A stretch of DNA of 64,000 nucleotides from an uncultured Methanolobus sp. (GCA_963675495.1 OY776215.1:1504001-1568000), one strand, 5' to 3'. Positions 30,521 to 41,474 are shown, counted from the stretch's first letter. A program made the numbers and translations. Notes: generated by a model from the letters alone, not told the origin.

Positions 30521-30669
30521 AGTATAATCCTCATATTTAAAGCATTTAAAGCGGGTTGGTTATATTCAGCAATTCAATATATAAAGTTATACCCTTGTGT
30601 TTATATAAGTATTTAAAGAAAACATAAAAGTGACATTTTTGAAAGGTTTTTACAAGAAACTGCTTATTT

Positions 30670-31776
30670 TTAACTGTCCTCGAATTTTTTAAGTCCATCT
30701 ATAACAGCATCATATTTGCTACAGACCCTTTCCAGCAAGCTGCCATCCATGGCTTTGTGAGTCGGCACAAGAATCTCGGCACCTTCTGAAACTTCAATAC
30801 CATCTGTTGATGTTTCATAATCAGGAGCTATTATAATCCCGGTAGATGATACACCCAGGCGCAAGTCACCGACAATACGCGCAACCATCTCGGTTGCAGG
30901 CTGGACTTTCTTGCTTATAACAAGTGCCTTTGAAGTATAACGCTCTTTGAGGTCACTTATTGATTCAATACTTGATCTTGACCTCTCAGGGTCAGCCACA
31001 TTCTCAAGGAGGTTGATAGAATCAATAATATCATCAAAAGTGGTCGAACTAACCTCAATTATTTCTCCGTCATAATATTTACTCACTTTTTCAAGGTAAC
31101 CTTTGGAGATAATCAATTTATATACATCTTCAAGCTCATCCAACTCATCTTCTGTAGGATCATAGGCGTTGATAACCTTGTACTCTCTTATACCACACAT
31201 TTCCATCAGGGACTCATACATAGGAGTAACGCCAATGAATCGCCTCCCAAGCCACTTGTTAAGACCACTCTGTCCGCTTTGAAGGCGGGAAAGTTCAACG
31301 ATCTTCTTTTTAACAAGTTCGGGATCGTTAGATTCGAGACCGAAATAGTCAGCAAATAAAGAAGTGGTACGAAGGATCTTCGTCCTCCCATGCGGCACAG
31401 CCTCAACAAAACCCCTTTCCTTAAGTTCCCTTATGTGGTCATAAGCAGAATTTCCCCTCATATCCACAAGCTCTGACTGGATAAGTGGCTGATGATATGC
31501 TATCATGGAAAGTGTGCGCAACATGGGCGCACTCAATTCTTTTGGAGCAAGTGGTCTTACCACATCAGTATATTTTGGTTTGACCTGCATAACGTAGCGC
31601 TCACCAAGGTCAATTACCTCAATACCAGTTTCCCTGGAAGAATATTCCTTCACAAGATCAAGTGCGATAGGGATAACATGTTTCTTTGGCTTGCCTATCA
31701 GTTTTCCAAGGGTTGCCGCATCAAGTGCCCCTCCGGCAGCAAAAAGAGCTGCTTCCATAACTTCCCGGTCACTCAT
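30670..31776 (-). CDS. scpB: ScpB (kite) with long C-terminal extension
   Basis: EAALFAAG, LRTLSMIAYHQP, TTSLFADYFGL in the first ~175 aa. Confidence 0.9.
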   Translation of the reverse strand: MSDREVMEAALFAAGGALDAATLGKLIGKPKKHVIPIALDLVKEYSSRETGIEVIDLGERYVMQVKPKYTDVVRPLAPKELSAPMLRTLSMIAYHQPLIQSELVDMRGNSAYDHIRELKERGFVEAVPHGRTKILRTTSLFADYFGLESNDPELVKKKIVELSRLQSGQSGLNKWLGRRFIGVTPMYESLMEMCGIREYKVINAYDPTEDELDELEDVYKLIISKGYLEKVSKYYDGEIIEVSSTTFDDIIDSINLLENVADPERSRSSIESISDLKERYTSKALVISKKVQPATEMVARIVGDLRLGVSSTGIIIAPDYETSTDGIEVSEGAEILVPTHKAMDGSLLERVCSKYDAVIDGLKKFEDS

Positions 31777-31793
31777 AACTGTAAACACACCCC

Positions 31794-32627
31794 TTAGACA
31801 GCCTCATAATTTGCCCTGGCTGGATAAACGTACAATTCACCGAAGAGTTCTTCCTGTGTCAACCAAATCTGCTTTTCAGTTGCAAGGAAAAGAAGCGAAA
31901 CATATGTCATGATATTCTCAGACCTGTCATCGGTCATCAGGTCCGAAAGCTGGACAAACTCGTGTTCAGTAAATGATTCCTTTAACATTGCAGCCATATC
32001 CCTGACACGTCCCAGTATATCCTCTTCGTGAGCAATACCCAGGACATCATCTGTTGTCACCGCTGACCTTTCTTCAAGTTTGCGATAAACACTGCGGTCC
32101 TTCCTTCGCGTTTCAACCTTCTCTGCTTTGCGCAGCTCAACAATGAGCTCCTGGAGTGTGACCGGACGTGTGGCCCTGCGACGAATAGGCAGTTTTGGAA
32201 CCGGATATTCATCAACCTCATAGAAATCCAGCTCATCATCCATCATCTCGAAGCAGTCATCTTCCTCATCCTCCTGAACGATCCCGGTGGATTTCATACG
32301 CAAAAGGATCGACGCGTAAAGAAGAGTCCTGCCAGAGATTCGAAGATCCATCATCTGCATCACTTCGATACGCTCAAGGAACATGTCAGTAACAGTGACA
32401 AGGTCGATATCCCACGGATTTATGGCACCATCCTTTGCGAGATTCATGAGAATCTCAACAGGTTCGCTGAGTACATCTTCCGAGAAATCAAGCAGAGAGT
32501 CATCAACACCAAGTCCCCTTAAAGTCTCGATGAACGCCGGATCAATAGTGCATGGTAACGAAACACCAGAAATCGGGACAATTTCGGCTGCCTGGACCAT
32601 CTCCATGTCTTCTGCTATTTCGTTCAA
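31794..32627 (-). CDS. scpA: ScpA kleisin
   Basis: INPWDIDL, SGRTLLYASILLRMKS, YVSLLFL, QEELFGEL. Confidence 0.92.
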   Translation of the reverse strand: MNEIAEDMEMVQAAEIVPISGVSLPCTIDPAFIETLRGLGVDDSLLDFSEDVLSEPVEILMNLAKDGAINPWDIDLVTVTDMFLERIEVMQMMDLRISGRTLLYASILLRMKSTGIVQEDEEDDCFEMMDDELDFYEVDEYPVPKLPIRRRATRPVTLQELIVELRKAEKVETRRKDRSVYRKLEERSAVTTDDVLGIAHEEDILGRVRDMAAMLKESFTEHEFVQLSDLMTDDRSENIMTYVSLLFLATEKQIWLTQEELFGELYVYPARANYEAV

Positions 32628-35600
32628 CGTAATTTCACACCCGTAATACTTGTAATGTTATTTTCCTGCATTGCAACTCCAATAGTCCGCTCAGCAGCCT
32701 CTATCATTGGTTTCCTGAGAGAGACAACAATAAATTGTGCATTGGCAACTGCTGTTTTAACTCGTTGTGCAACCTTTCCTGCATTGGCTCCGTCAAGGAA
32801 CATATCAATTTCGTCGAATGCATAGAACGGGGCCGGCCTGTACTGCTGAATAGCGAATACAAAGGACAGGGCGGTAAGACTCTTTTCTCCACCGGACATG
32901 GCTTCCAGACGCTGCAGGGTCTTTTCCTTTGGTTGTGCTTTAAGTGTCATGCCACCTGAAAACGGATCTTCATAATTATCGAGAACCAGCTCACCGATAC
33001 CATCGGAAAGCTCATGGAATATTTCCTTGAAAGGCGCATTAATACCTTCATAGGTTTCCATGAAAGTATCTTTTTTAAGCTGCTCATATTGCTTTATACG
33101 TTCAAGTATCTGTTCCCTTTCTGAGGACAGGGTGTCACGCCTTGTGACAAGGTCATCGAGTCTTGCCTCAACCTCATCATATTCATCTATTGCACGCATA
33201 TTAACAGGCTCAAGACGTTCCATTGCTTTCTCAATAGAACCTATCCTTGTACGCACGGTTTCATAATTAGGAACTTCCTCTGTTTCCTCAATGCCACGTC
33301 TCTGGATCTCTTCCGCAAGTTCGACAACCTGTTCCTCAAGTGCATCCTTTGTGGCTTTCAGAGCCATCATATTCCGGTTTCCTTCATCAAATCTGAGCTT
33401 TATCTTCTCAAATTCCCTTTTCACAGAAGTATGTGCCTCATGTAGCTGAGCACGTTCCTGCTGCAGTTCCTTTAACTCCTCAGCAAGTTCAGTTTCACGC
33501 TTCTGTTTTTCCAGTAGAGAAGTCTCAAGTTCAGTGATCTTGCTTCTAAGGTCGGCCACACGTTGTTTGTGTGTAGCTTTCTTCTCGTCCATTGACTTGA
33601 TAAGTTCCCTGTTCTCCTCTATCTTTGAAGATGCATAATCATGGTCAAGATTCAGGGCATTCAAAGTGGAATCAATGTCACGAACACGACCATCCAGGCG
33701 CCTGATCTCTCCATCAAGCTGTTCTGCCTGCCTGTTAAGTTCAGGAACTTCAGAACCTGCAAGTTTCTCATCCAGCACCTCGATGTCCGCCTCTAAAGAC
33801 AGGACGAGTTCTTCCTTTTCCTGCTTCAGGGTAACAGTTCGCTCCATTTCATCCCTGAGCTCCTTGCGTGACTCTTCTATCTCGGCAAGTTCCTGAGCCT
33901 TTGCTTCAATGAGCTGGGAAAGACGTTCACTCCTTCCTGAGATCTCTTCAAGTTGCATCTGCTTCTTGGATATCTCCTTGTCATGTTCATGTATCTCTTG
34001 ATTGACCTGAGATATATGCCCTTCCACCTGATCCAGTTTCTTGATGGCATTGCTGCGTCTTGAATCATATTCAGTGATTTTCTCAGCGATCTTCACTAGC
34101 TTATCTTTTTCAGAAGCAGCGAATGAAAGACCGGATTTCTGCTGCTGGGAACCGCCCACCATCGCACCGCTCTTTTCGATGACCTCGCCCTCAAGAGTTA
34201 CCATCCGCAGGCCACCCATGAGCCGACGGGCATTTGTCAGCGTGTCCACGATGAGAGTGTCCCTGAAAACATACCAGAAAGCAGCTTCGAATTTATGATC
34301 GAAATCTATAAGGTCGATTGCATAACCTACCACACCTTCCCTGTCGGAAAGATTCTTGTAAGGCCTGCGTGACTCCATTTTATTCAATGGAAGGAATGTA
34401 GCCCTGCCACCTCTTCTTTGCTTAAGGAAAGATATCGCACGTGAAGCATCCTCATCGTTTTCGACAACAACTGCCTGCATGCGCCCACCAGCAGCAATAC
34501 CCAGAGCATTGGAATATTTCTGATCGACACTGCCAAGTTCCGCTATGGTACCATATATACCAGGCAATCCATGGTGTTTCTTCTCATTCATCACCATGTC
34601 TACTGCTTTGGAATACCTGCTGTGGTCCTCTGCTGCGCGTACACGGACCTCTATTCTGGCATAATCATTTTCATATTTGCGAAGTTCATCTTCAATTTCC
34701 TTGACGATGACCTTTAACTGGGAACGGTTGAGTTCAAGGTCATCAATATCCTTTGTCAGGACATCGATCTTCTCATTGAGCTTCTCTATATCGTATCCAA
34801 CGGAAAGTGTATCACTTCCAGAGGATTCTGATTTGGATTTCGCATCTGCGATCTCACTTTCGATATCCCGGACTTCCGCAGATTTTCTTCTCAGCGAGTC
34901 AAGTAAGCGGTCTTCCTGCCGCATCAGCTCATTTTTGTCGTTCTTAACGGTCTCAAGTTTGGACTTAAGAGTACTGAGTTCATCCCTTGTCTGGGCAAAT
35001 TTTGAATCGACATCTGCGATCTTGCTCTGGAGGATCATGCGCTCGGTCTTGCGCTCGGACATCTCGGACAGGATGCTTTCTTTTCTCATGGACTCTTCTG
35101 AGATATTAGAGTCCAGCTCTTCAAGCTTACCTTTTATCTCATCAATTTCAACAAAGGTTTTCCTGCGTCTGGATTCGACATCTTCCATTTCCTTTTCAGA
35201 AAGCTCAATGGTGTCAACACACCTTGAAACTTCACCCCTGATGCCCTCTATATCCTTTTTTATCTGGATCTGCTCATCTTCACCCATTCTCTGGATGCTC
35301 AGGGTCATTTCCTCAAGATCCTGCTCAAGCTTTTCAACATTGAACTTTTTCGCATCAAGATCCATTTCCAGTTTACCAAGAACCTCATCCTTGGCCTGGA
35401 TGTCATCAGCAACAGATAATAGCTCTACCTTAGCATCCTTTAGCTTTGCAAGCAGAACAAAGCCTTCGAATTTCATTTTCTCTTCCTTGAGAGACTGATA
35501 CTTCAGGGCCTGATCACGCTCGGTCTTGAGCTTTTCAAGCTGCTGGCCGACCTCTTCAATGATTATATCGACTCTTTCTACCCTCTCGCGGACGATCTCA

Positions 35601-36148
35601 AGCTCACTAAGTGCCCTGTCCCTTTTACTGTCAAACTCAGCAACGCCAGCGATCTCATCGATGATCTTTCGTCTTTCGGTAGGAGTCATGTTGATGATAC
35701 GCGTAACATCACCCTGCATCACAACATTGTAACCTTCAGGAGTAACACGGGCTTTTGCAAGATAATTGTGCACTTCCGTAAGACTAGCTGCCTTGCCATC
35801 GAAATAGAAATAACTGTAATAGCCGGAATCAGTTTCCCGTATCTTTCTTGTAATAGTAATCTCATCGGCATCATATGGCATTTCACGATCAGTATTATCA
35901 AAGCGTATCGTCACCTGTGCAAAATCAGGCTTTTTAGAACCTTCGCCGTTATAGATAAGATCAGTAAGTTTTTCAGCCCTCATGGTCCTGGAACTTGATA
36001 AGCCCAGCACAAAGAGGATACCATCTATGATATTAGATTTGCCACTGCCATTTGGACCGGAAATGGTGGTGAAACCATCAAAAAAAGGTATTTTTACCTT
36101 TTTCCCGAAGGATTTGAAGTTTATAAACTCAAGTTCCTTGATATGCAC
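32624..36148 (-). CDS. smc: Chromosome segregation protein SMC
   Basis: NFKSF, GPNGSGKSN, hinge GRATFLPL, MSGGEKS, FDEID. Confidence 0.97.
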   Translation of the reverse strand: MHIKELEFINFKSFGKKVKIPFFDGFTTISGPNGSGKSNIIDGILFVLGLSSSRTMRAEKLTDLIYNGEGSKKPDFAQVTIRFDNTDREMPYDADEITITRKIRETDSGYYSYFYFDGKAASLTEVHNYLAKARVTPEGYNVVMQGDVTRIINMTPTERRKIIDEIAGVAEFDSKRDRALSELEIVRERVERVDIIIEEVGQQLEKLKTERDQALKYQSLKEEKMKFEGFVLLAKLKDAKVELLSVADDIQAKDEVLGKLEMDLDAKKFNVEKLEQDLEEMTLSIQRMGEDEQIQIKKDIEGIRGEVSRCVDTIELSEKEMEDVESRRRKTFVEIDEIKGKLEELDSNISEESMRKESILSEMSERKTERMILQSKIADVDSKFAQTRDELSTLKSKLETVKNDKNELMRQEDRLLDSLRRKSAEVRDIESEIADAKSKSESSGSDTLSVGYDIEKLNEKIDVLTKDIDDLELNRSQLKVIVKEIEDELRKYENDYARIEVRVRAAEDHSRYSKAVDMVMNEKKHHGLPGIYGTIAELGSVDQKYSNALGIAAGGRMQAVVVENDEDASRAISFLKQRRGGRATFLPLNKMESRRPYKNLSDREGVVGYAIDLIDFDHKFEAAFWYVFRDTLIVDTLTNARRLMGGLRMVTLEGEVIEKSGAMVGGSQQQKSGLSFAASEKDKLVKIAEKITEYDSRRSNAIKKLDQVEGHISQVNQEIHEHDKEISKKQMQLEEISGRSERLSQLIEAKAQELAEIEESRKELRDEMERTVTLKQEKEELVLSLEADIEVLDEKLAGSEVPELNRQAEQLDGEIRRLDGRVRDIDSTLNALNLDHDYASSKIEENRELIKSMDEKKATHKQRVADLRSKITELETSLLEKQKRETELAEELKELQQERAQLHEAHTSVKREFEKIKLRFDEGNRNMMALKATKDALEEQVVELAEEIQRRGIEETEEVPNYETVRTRIGSIEKAMERLEPVNMRAIDEYDEVEARLDDLVTRRDTLSSEREQILERIKQYEQLKKDTFMETYEGINAPFKEIFHELSDGIGELVLDNYEDPFSGGMTLKAQPKEKTLQRLEAMSGGEKSLTALSFVFAIQQYRPAPFYAFDEIDMFLDGANAGKVAQRVKTAVANAQFIVVSLRKPMIEAAERTIGVAMQENNITSITGVKLR

Positions 36149-36175
36149 GCGATTCCTCTGTTTTTATAAAAAAGA

Positions 36176-36991
36176 CTATTTTCTTCGTGTGACGATTACC
36201 ACAGCATCTTCATCTTCGCGCGCCTCAATTGTCTCATATTTTGAAGATTCCTCCCCTTCTTCCTCGCATGCGGATTCGCCTTCTTCTGCAACAATATATT
36301 TGCATGAAGCCATATCCTGGCGTGAGTTCTTGTCGAGACGGACTTGGCGTTCATCATCGGTTTCTGCGATAATGTATTCAGACCGGTATTCAGGTTCAGG
36401 CATTTCAGGTCGTTTTACAGAAGGAACTTCCCTTACATTGAAACGCATGTTTGGAGATGAGGATGGCTGGACAGTTCCCGAAGAAGATTCCGACTCAGCA
36501 GACCTTATGGAAACCTTTGAATTGAATGGTTTTGCTGAAGGTGATGTTTCAGTTGGAGCTGAGGCGACAGAAGAGGGGATTGCTGAAGCGGAAGATACAG
36601 ATTGTGGTTGTGACTGAGCCACTGAAGGTGCTACCGGCTTAGGTTCCGGCCTATATACCTTTGGACTTGATGCTTCCTTTACAGGCTCAACCGGAGATTT
36701 TTGCTCTACTTTATTTTCACGAGGAACGGGTTGTTCTTTCATGGAACGTATCATTGATTTTTGGTCAAGGAGTTCATCCATGACACCATTAAGATTACTG
36801 CTCAGAGCCTGAACCTTACGTTCAAGTTGCGCAATTCGGTTGTTGAAATCAAGATCGTTCTTAAGATCACTTCTAATCTCCCGGAGTATAGAATCACGGA
36901 TATTGTTTTTGATTTCATCTAGTTCTGTTTCTTTTTCCTTGAGCTGCCGCTCAAGGCGTTCAATCACAAAATCCCTGTTTTCAGTATTCAT
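36176..36991 (-). CDS. Hypothetical protein (N-terminal coiled coil, S/P-rich linker, acidic C-terminus) directly upstream of smc
   Basis: ORF with probable ATG at 36991; stop lies 27 nt before the smc start. Confidence 0.8.
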   Translation of the reverse strand: MNTENRDFVIERLERQLKEKETELDEIKNNIRDSILREIRSDLKNDLDFNNRIAQLERKVQALSSNLNGVMDELLDQKSMIRSMKEQPVPRENKVEQKSPVEPVKEASSPKVYRPEPKPVAPSVAQSQPQSVSSASAIPSSVASAPTETSPSAKPFNSKVSIRSAESESSSGTVQPSSSPNMRFNVREVPSVKRPEMPEPEYRSEYIIAETDDERQVRLDKNSRQDMASCKYIVAEEGESACEEEGEESSKYETIEAREDEDAVVIVTRRK

Positions 36992-37128
36992 GAAAAGCCT
37001 CGCAAATCCATTCAGTCCCTCATCGCAGTTATGCGACAATAATATGTTAATATATGAATAAAAGTATAATATACCTTATGGTCGCCAGATGTATTTATTT
37101 CAAGTATTAAATAATTATTTACTTTAAC

Positions 37129-39789
37129 TTATCTGGCATATATAGCAGAATTATTTGTCACAGGGTCTTTTTCAACCGCAAATACATGATCAGCCGAATC
37201 AATCAGAGACTCATCATGAGAAACTATGAGAATTTGTGCCACACCTATATCCCGCATCATGTCTATGAGTTTTATTAGCTGGTGAACATGGCCCCTGTCA
37301 AGGAACACTGTGGGCTCGTCCATGATAAGAGGCGGAAGCCCGGCACCATCATGGGATGACGTACCAAGTGAGAGCAGGCGATATATTGCACAGCGAAGTA
37401 CAAGATTGAATAAAGCACGTTCTCCGCCACTCAGAAGCTTGGGTTCAAGAGCTGTGCCATCTTTTTCAAACACAGTGAGATTGTAATCTGCGTCCAGCAT
37501 TACATGAGAGTAAGCATTATTGGAATACATGAACGAGAATATTTCATTTATCAACCTGTCAAGTGTCTGTATATTGCTGGAACGCAGTTGCGCACGTATT
37601 CGCATGTACATGCTCTCAAGATTCTCGGCATCTGAATAAACAGCATTCAGATAAGCAGCCCGGTTCTTCAGCATATCCAGATTCCCCCTAAGGTCTGAAA
37701 GTCGGCTCCTGTCACTTTCAGCCATTCCTGCCTTCTTCATAACCTCGTCCTTTTCAAGCTTCAACTTATCAATTTTCAAGTTTATATTACCAAAGGCAAG
37801 ACCATAGTCTCTGCTAAGAGAATCAAGTTCCTTTTTATTGAATTTTCCCATCTTCTCATCGATGTCTTTCAGGGAGTCTTTCTTTTCCCCCATCTGGCCT
37901 TCAAAAAGTGATATCATTTCCTGGATACTTTTTATTTTCTCATCCAACTGCTTTATTTCAGCATTAATCTTCTCAAACTCCCCCAGTATTTTCTGCATTT
38001 CCCGGGCAAGACCAAGACGTTCCAGGGACTTTGAATGCTCTTTTAAGGCTACTTCTTCTTCCTGCCTCAATCCCGCGACCTTTGTTTTTGTTACATCAAG
38101 GGTCTTTTCCAGTTCTCCCTTCATGGACAGTAACTCTTTTATTTTCAGTTCATCTTCCTTGAGGTTCAGATTATACTCTTCAATTCTCTTGTTGTCCCTG
38201 TCAATAGCCTCTTTCGCAGACTCGATGTTCCTGAGAACAACATCAATGTCAGATTTACAAGCACGAGCTGATTTTACCTTATCCACTCTTGCTTCAGCTT
38301 CTGCCTGTTTGACCTTAAGTTCGGATAATTCGGTTTCTAATTTTGTTATTGTTTCATTATCTGAAACTGTGGATTCCTCCACACATGAACCTTTGAGTTC
38401 CTGCCCACATGTTGGACACTTTCCAGCTGCCAGAAGTTGTTTTGATTTTTCGATCCTGCTTTTGAGTTCAGATATCTTCACCTTAAGTTCAGATTCCTTG
38501 CCATGGAACCTTTTTTGCTGGTCATTTACAAGGTCAAGAACCTCGTCGATATTTTCAAGTTTTTCAAGACTGAAACCCAGAGAAACTATTTTGGACAAAA
38601 TATTCTTGTGTTTATCCTCAAGTCCTGCAATGCTAACTTTGTGTTTCTCGATCCCAGAATAAACGTCCTTTATTTTGGATTCAACATCTTTTGCCGCATC
38701 CTCAATGGACTTTATCTGTTTTTCCAAATCTTTCGCAGACTGAGCAATGCTAAGGAGATCTTTTTCTGAAACTGCTTTTTTGCTTTTCAGTTCACTCAAA
38801 GCGTCCCTTAAAGAACGTTCACCTTCATCCATCTGAGCAATCAGGGATTCGATATTTTTTGAGTCAGCCTTCAACTGAGACTCAATTTCGGAAACTCTGT
38901 ACTGCCTGGATTCAAGAAGTTCCTTATGGGAACGAATGTCCTTTGAAAACGAATCAATGGATTGGAATGATCTTGATTTTCTGTCCATGAGCTCCTTTAT
39001 CTGTTGCTCGACAGAATCCTTCCTGCCAGAGAGTTCACTCAGCTCAGATAGTTTTTTCGTGACCTCATCTATCAGGGAACGTGTACGGTCCCTCTTTTCA
39101 TTGAACGAAACCATTTCAGAATCAATTTGTACGGACCTTGTCTTCAAAGCTGCCAGCCTGCCGCTTGGATCAGTGTCCTCAATGAGTTTGATTTCCGTGC
39201 CAAGCTCTTTGATACGTCTTTCATTATCACGTTGATGTCGCCCAACTCCGACCCTGGCACTTGAAGCTCGCTCCCGGTACTCTTCCAGTTTGCCTAGTTG
39301 CAGGAGATCATCTATCATTTTCTGGCGGTCCCTGGGTTTAGAGTTGATCAGGACATCGATTTCACCCTGACGTATGTAAACACAATTCCTGTAAGCTTCC
39401 TCATCCATATTCAGAAGAGATGTCACTGCTTCATAGGTCCGCGTTGCCTGGTCAAATATGATCTCCTCATCCTTCCTGAAAATAGATTTGGTATTGGAAG
39501 CACGTCCTTTTTCCGGGTCGTTCCTGAAAGACTGCTCTATAGAATAGTTATGCCCTCCCTGTTCGAACTCAAGTAATATTGATGCCTTTGAAGCACCCTT
39601 GGTGATAATATCGGAAAGCACGAAGTCCTTATCCAGTGTTTTGCTTCCAAAAAGTCCTGTAAAACATGCCTCCAGAAGACTGGATTTACCACTTCCGTTA
39701 ACACCTGAGACCACCGTAACACCATTCTTGAACGAAAGGTCCAGTTCCTTATAGCTCCTGATATTCTCAACTTTTAATCGTTTTAACAT
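37129..39789 (-). CDS. rad50: DNA double-strand break repair ATPase Rad50
   Basis: GVNGSGKSS, zinc hook CPTCG, LSGGE, MDEPT, VSH. Confidence 0.95.
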   Translation of the reverse strand: MLKRLKVENIRSYKELDLSFKNGVTVVSGVNGSGKSSLLEACFTGLFGSKTLDKDFVLSDIITKGASKASILLEFEQGGHNYSIEQSFRNDPEKGRASNTKSIFRKDEEIIFDQATRTYEAVTSLLNMDEEAYRNCVYIRQGEIDVLINSKPRDRQKMIDDLLQLGKLEEYRERASSARVGVGRHQRDNERRIKELGTEIKLIEDTDPSGRLAALKTRSVQIDSEMVSFNEKRDRTRSLIDEVTKKLSELSELSGRKDSVEQQIKELMDRKSRSFQSIDSFSKDIRSHKELLESRQYRVSEIESQLKADSKNIESLIAQMDEGERSLRDALSELKSKKAVSEKDLLSIAQSAKDLEKQIKSIEDAAKDVESKIKDVYSGIEKHKVSIAGLEDKHKNILSKIVSLGFSLEKLENIDEVLDLVNDQQKRFHGKESELKVKISELKSRIEKSKQLLAAGKCPTCGQELKGSCVEESTVSDNETITKLETELSELKVKQAEAEARVDKVKSARACKSDIDVVLRNIESAKEAIDRDNKRIEEYNLNLKEDELKIKELLSMKGELEKTLDVTKTKVAGLRQEEEVALKEHSKSLERLGLAREMQKILGEFEKINAEIKQLDEKIKSIQEMISLFEGQMGEKKDSLKDIDEKMGKFNKKELDSLSRDYGLAFGNINLKIDKLKLEKDEVMKKAGMAESDRSRLSDLRGNLDMLKNRAAYLNAVYSDAENLESMYMRIRAQLRSSNIQTLDRLINEIFSFMYSNNAYSHVMLDADYNLTVFEKDGTALEPKLLSGGERALFNLVLRCAIYRLLSLGTSSHDGAGLPPLIMDEPTVFLDRGHVHQLIKLIDMMRDIGVAQILIVSHDESLIDSADHVFAVEKDPVTNNSAIYAR

Positions 39790-41300
39790 CAAAGGTAATC
39801 ACCCAGATTGTACTGGCGGGGTTTTACAGTTTCAGGCTCTGTTTTTTTAGCTTCAGCCTGCTTTTTATTACTATGCTGGGCATCACCCACTAATGCTGAA
39901 TCCTCAGAAACGAGCATTTTTTCAGTAGCTCCTGTTTCCTCTGATTTTTTAACAGGTACTATATCGTTAGAATTATCAGAAACAGGCAGATATGCTTTTT
40001 CAGATACTTCGGACTTCTGAACCACATCTAATAAAGCATCATCCGATGTTTCCTTTTCGGATTCGGCCACTGTTTCACCTACATGACCATGTTCAGTCAT
40101 CACAGAGTCGATTGCCACCATCGTCACATCATCAGAAAGAACATCGGAAGCGTTAACGGGAACAGGTTTCGTAAAATCTATTTTTTCAAGTAACTGCCCT
40201 AATTTAGACTCGGCCTCATCACCAACTTTTGTCTTCACTATAAGTGGGTCCCTTATTATATCATCAAGTAATAGACCGCCGGACGTAAGGTCCATTTTCT
40301 TGATCTCCTCTTTGACAACATCATCAGGGTCTGAGAAAGAGACTTTCAAAGAGGAATCTTCCAGTGTATCAACTCCACTGCGAAGATCTTTTATTCCCGG
40401 AACCAGTGCACCTCTTGACAGGAGGAACTTCTCTATTTCACTGAAGTCCAGCTTTACCCTGACATCACCTGATATTTCCACGAAGGCAACTTTTTCTTCA
40501 ATGTTATGTTCCATTACTGCGGAAAATACATCCTCGTGAGCATTCGAATCTTCCGTGAGCTTGACAGGTATGAAAACGAATTCACGCGTCTTAATTGCGC
40601 GTTTACTTATCTCGATACCAGATTCCCCGATAGTTACTATATTGTAGGAGCGTGGTTCGCGTTCTGAGGTACTGTTCCTCTCGGTACTGCCACAGTAGGT
40701 GACCCATGCCTCATTGACTGTCGTTATTTCTTGCTTGTGGTTATCTCCAAGAAGTACTGCATGCACATCAAAAGGAATAGAGTCAATTACTTCTTTTATA
40801 TCCCAGTCACCAAAGGCGAAGGGTTTTACGAGCTGGTGCATTACAAACAGGTTATACTTTGCTTCGGTTGCTTTGTCATCGAATATGGAAAAATCGAACA
40901 AAGGTATCTTTGTCTTTGGAACACTGTCGATACCGTATAAGGCAATCTCACCCAGCCTGTAAGGCTCTGTGCCAAGACGAATTACAAGACCAAGACTGCT
41001 GTAAAGGTCAAGCCACTGAGTACTCTGTTTGCTCTCATGATTACCAACGATCGCAAGCAATGGGATTCCTGCACTTTTCAGTTTTGAGAACAGACCCATG
41101 GCATCAAGAATATCATCAAGCGTGGGATTCCTGGAATCGAACAGGTCACCTGCATGCACTACAGCGTCCACGCCCATACTAATAGCATCATCCACCACAT
41201 TGGAAAAAGCATTGAAAAAATCCTGCCGGCGCACATCACTGTGATACTGCCGGTATCCAAGATGTGTGTCCCCTGTGTGGACTATCCTTACCTCATTCAT
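39789..41300 (-). CDS. mre11: DNA repair nuclease Mre11
   Basis: DTHLG, GDLFD, GNHE; TGATG coupling to rad50. Confidence 0.95.
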   Translation of the reverse strand: MNEVRIVHTGDTHLGYRQYHSDVRRQDFFNAFSNVVDDAISMGVDAVVHAGDLFDSRNPTLDDILDAMGLFSKLKSAGIPLLAIVGNHESKQSTQWLDLYSSLGLVIRLGTEPYRLGEIALYGIDSVPKTKIPLFDFSIFDDKATEAKYNLFVMHQLVKPFAFGDWDIKEVIDSIPFDVHAVLLGDNHKQEITTVNEAWVTYCGSTERNSTSEREPRSYNIVTIGESGIEISKRAIKTREFVFIPVKLTEDSNAHEDVFSAVMEHNIEEKVAFVEISGDVRVKLDFSEIEKFLLSRGALVPGIKDLRSGVDTLEDSSLKVSFSDPDDVVKEEIKKMDLTSGGLLLDDIIRDPLIVKTKVGDEAESKLGQLLEKIDFTKPVPVNASDVLSDDVTMVAIDSVMTEHGHVGETVAESEKETSDDALLDVVQKSEVSEKAYLPVSDNSNDIVPVKKSEETGATEKMLVSEDSALVGDAQHSNKKQAEAKKTEPETVKPRQYNLGDYL

Positions 41301-41474
41301 CAGGGATTATGATATGTATTTGCTGTTTTTAATTGTTTGGGGTATAAAGGCCAAAACAACAAAAGTAATACTGCACCATATGACACTATAAACGCAGTCC
41401 CCACAATAGAATAATTATATACTGAAAATATTAACAAATATTATTTTATAATATCAAACTCATATATCATTTAA

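Noticed and set aside
34677-38662. Long antisense ORFs (273 and 274 aa) opposite smc and rad50, and similar ones opposite ftsZ, modA and modB
   Set aside because: Ser/Phe/Leu-rich shadow frames of real genes.
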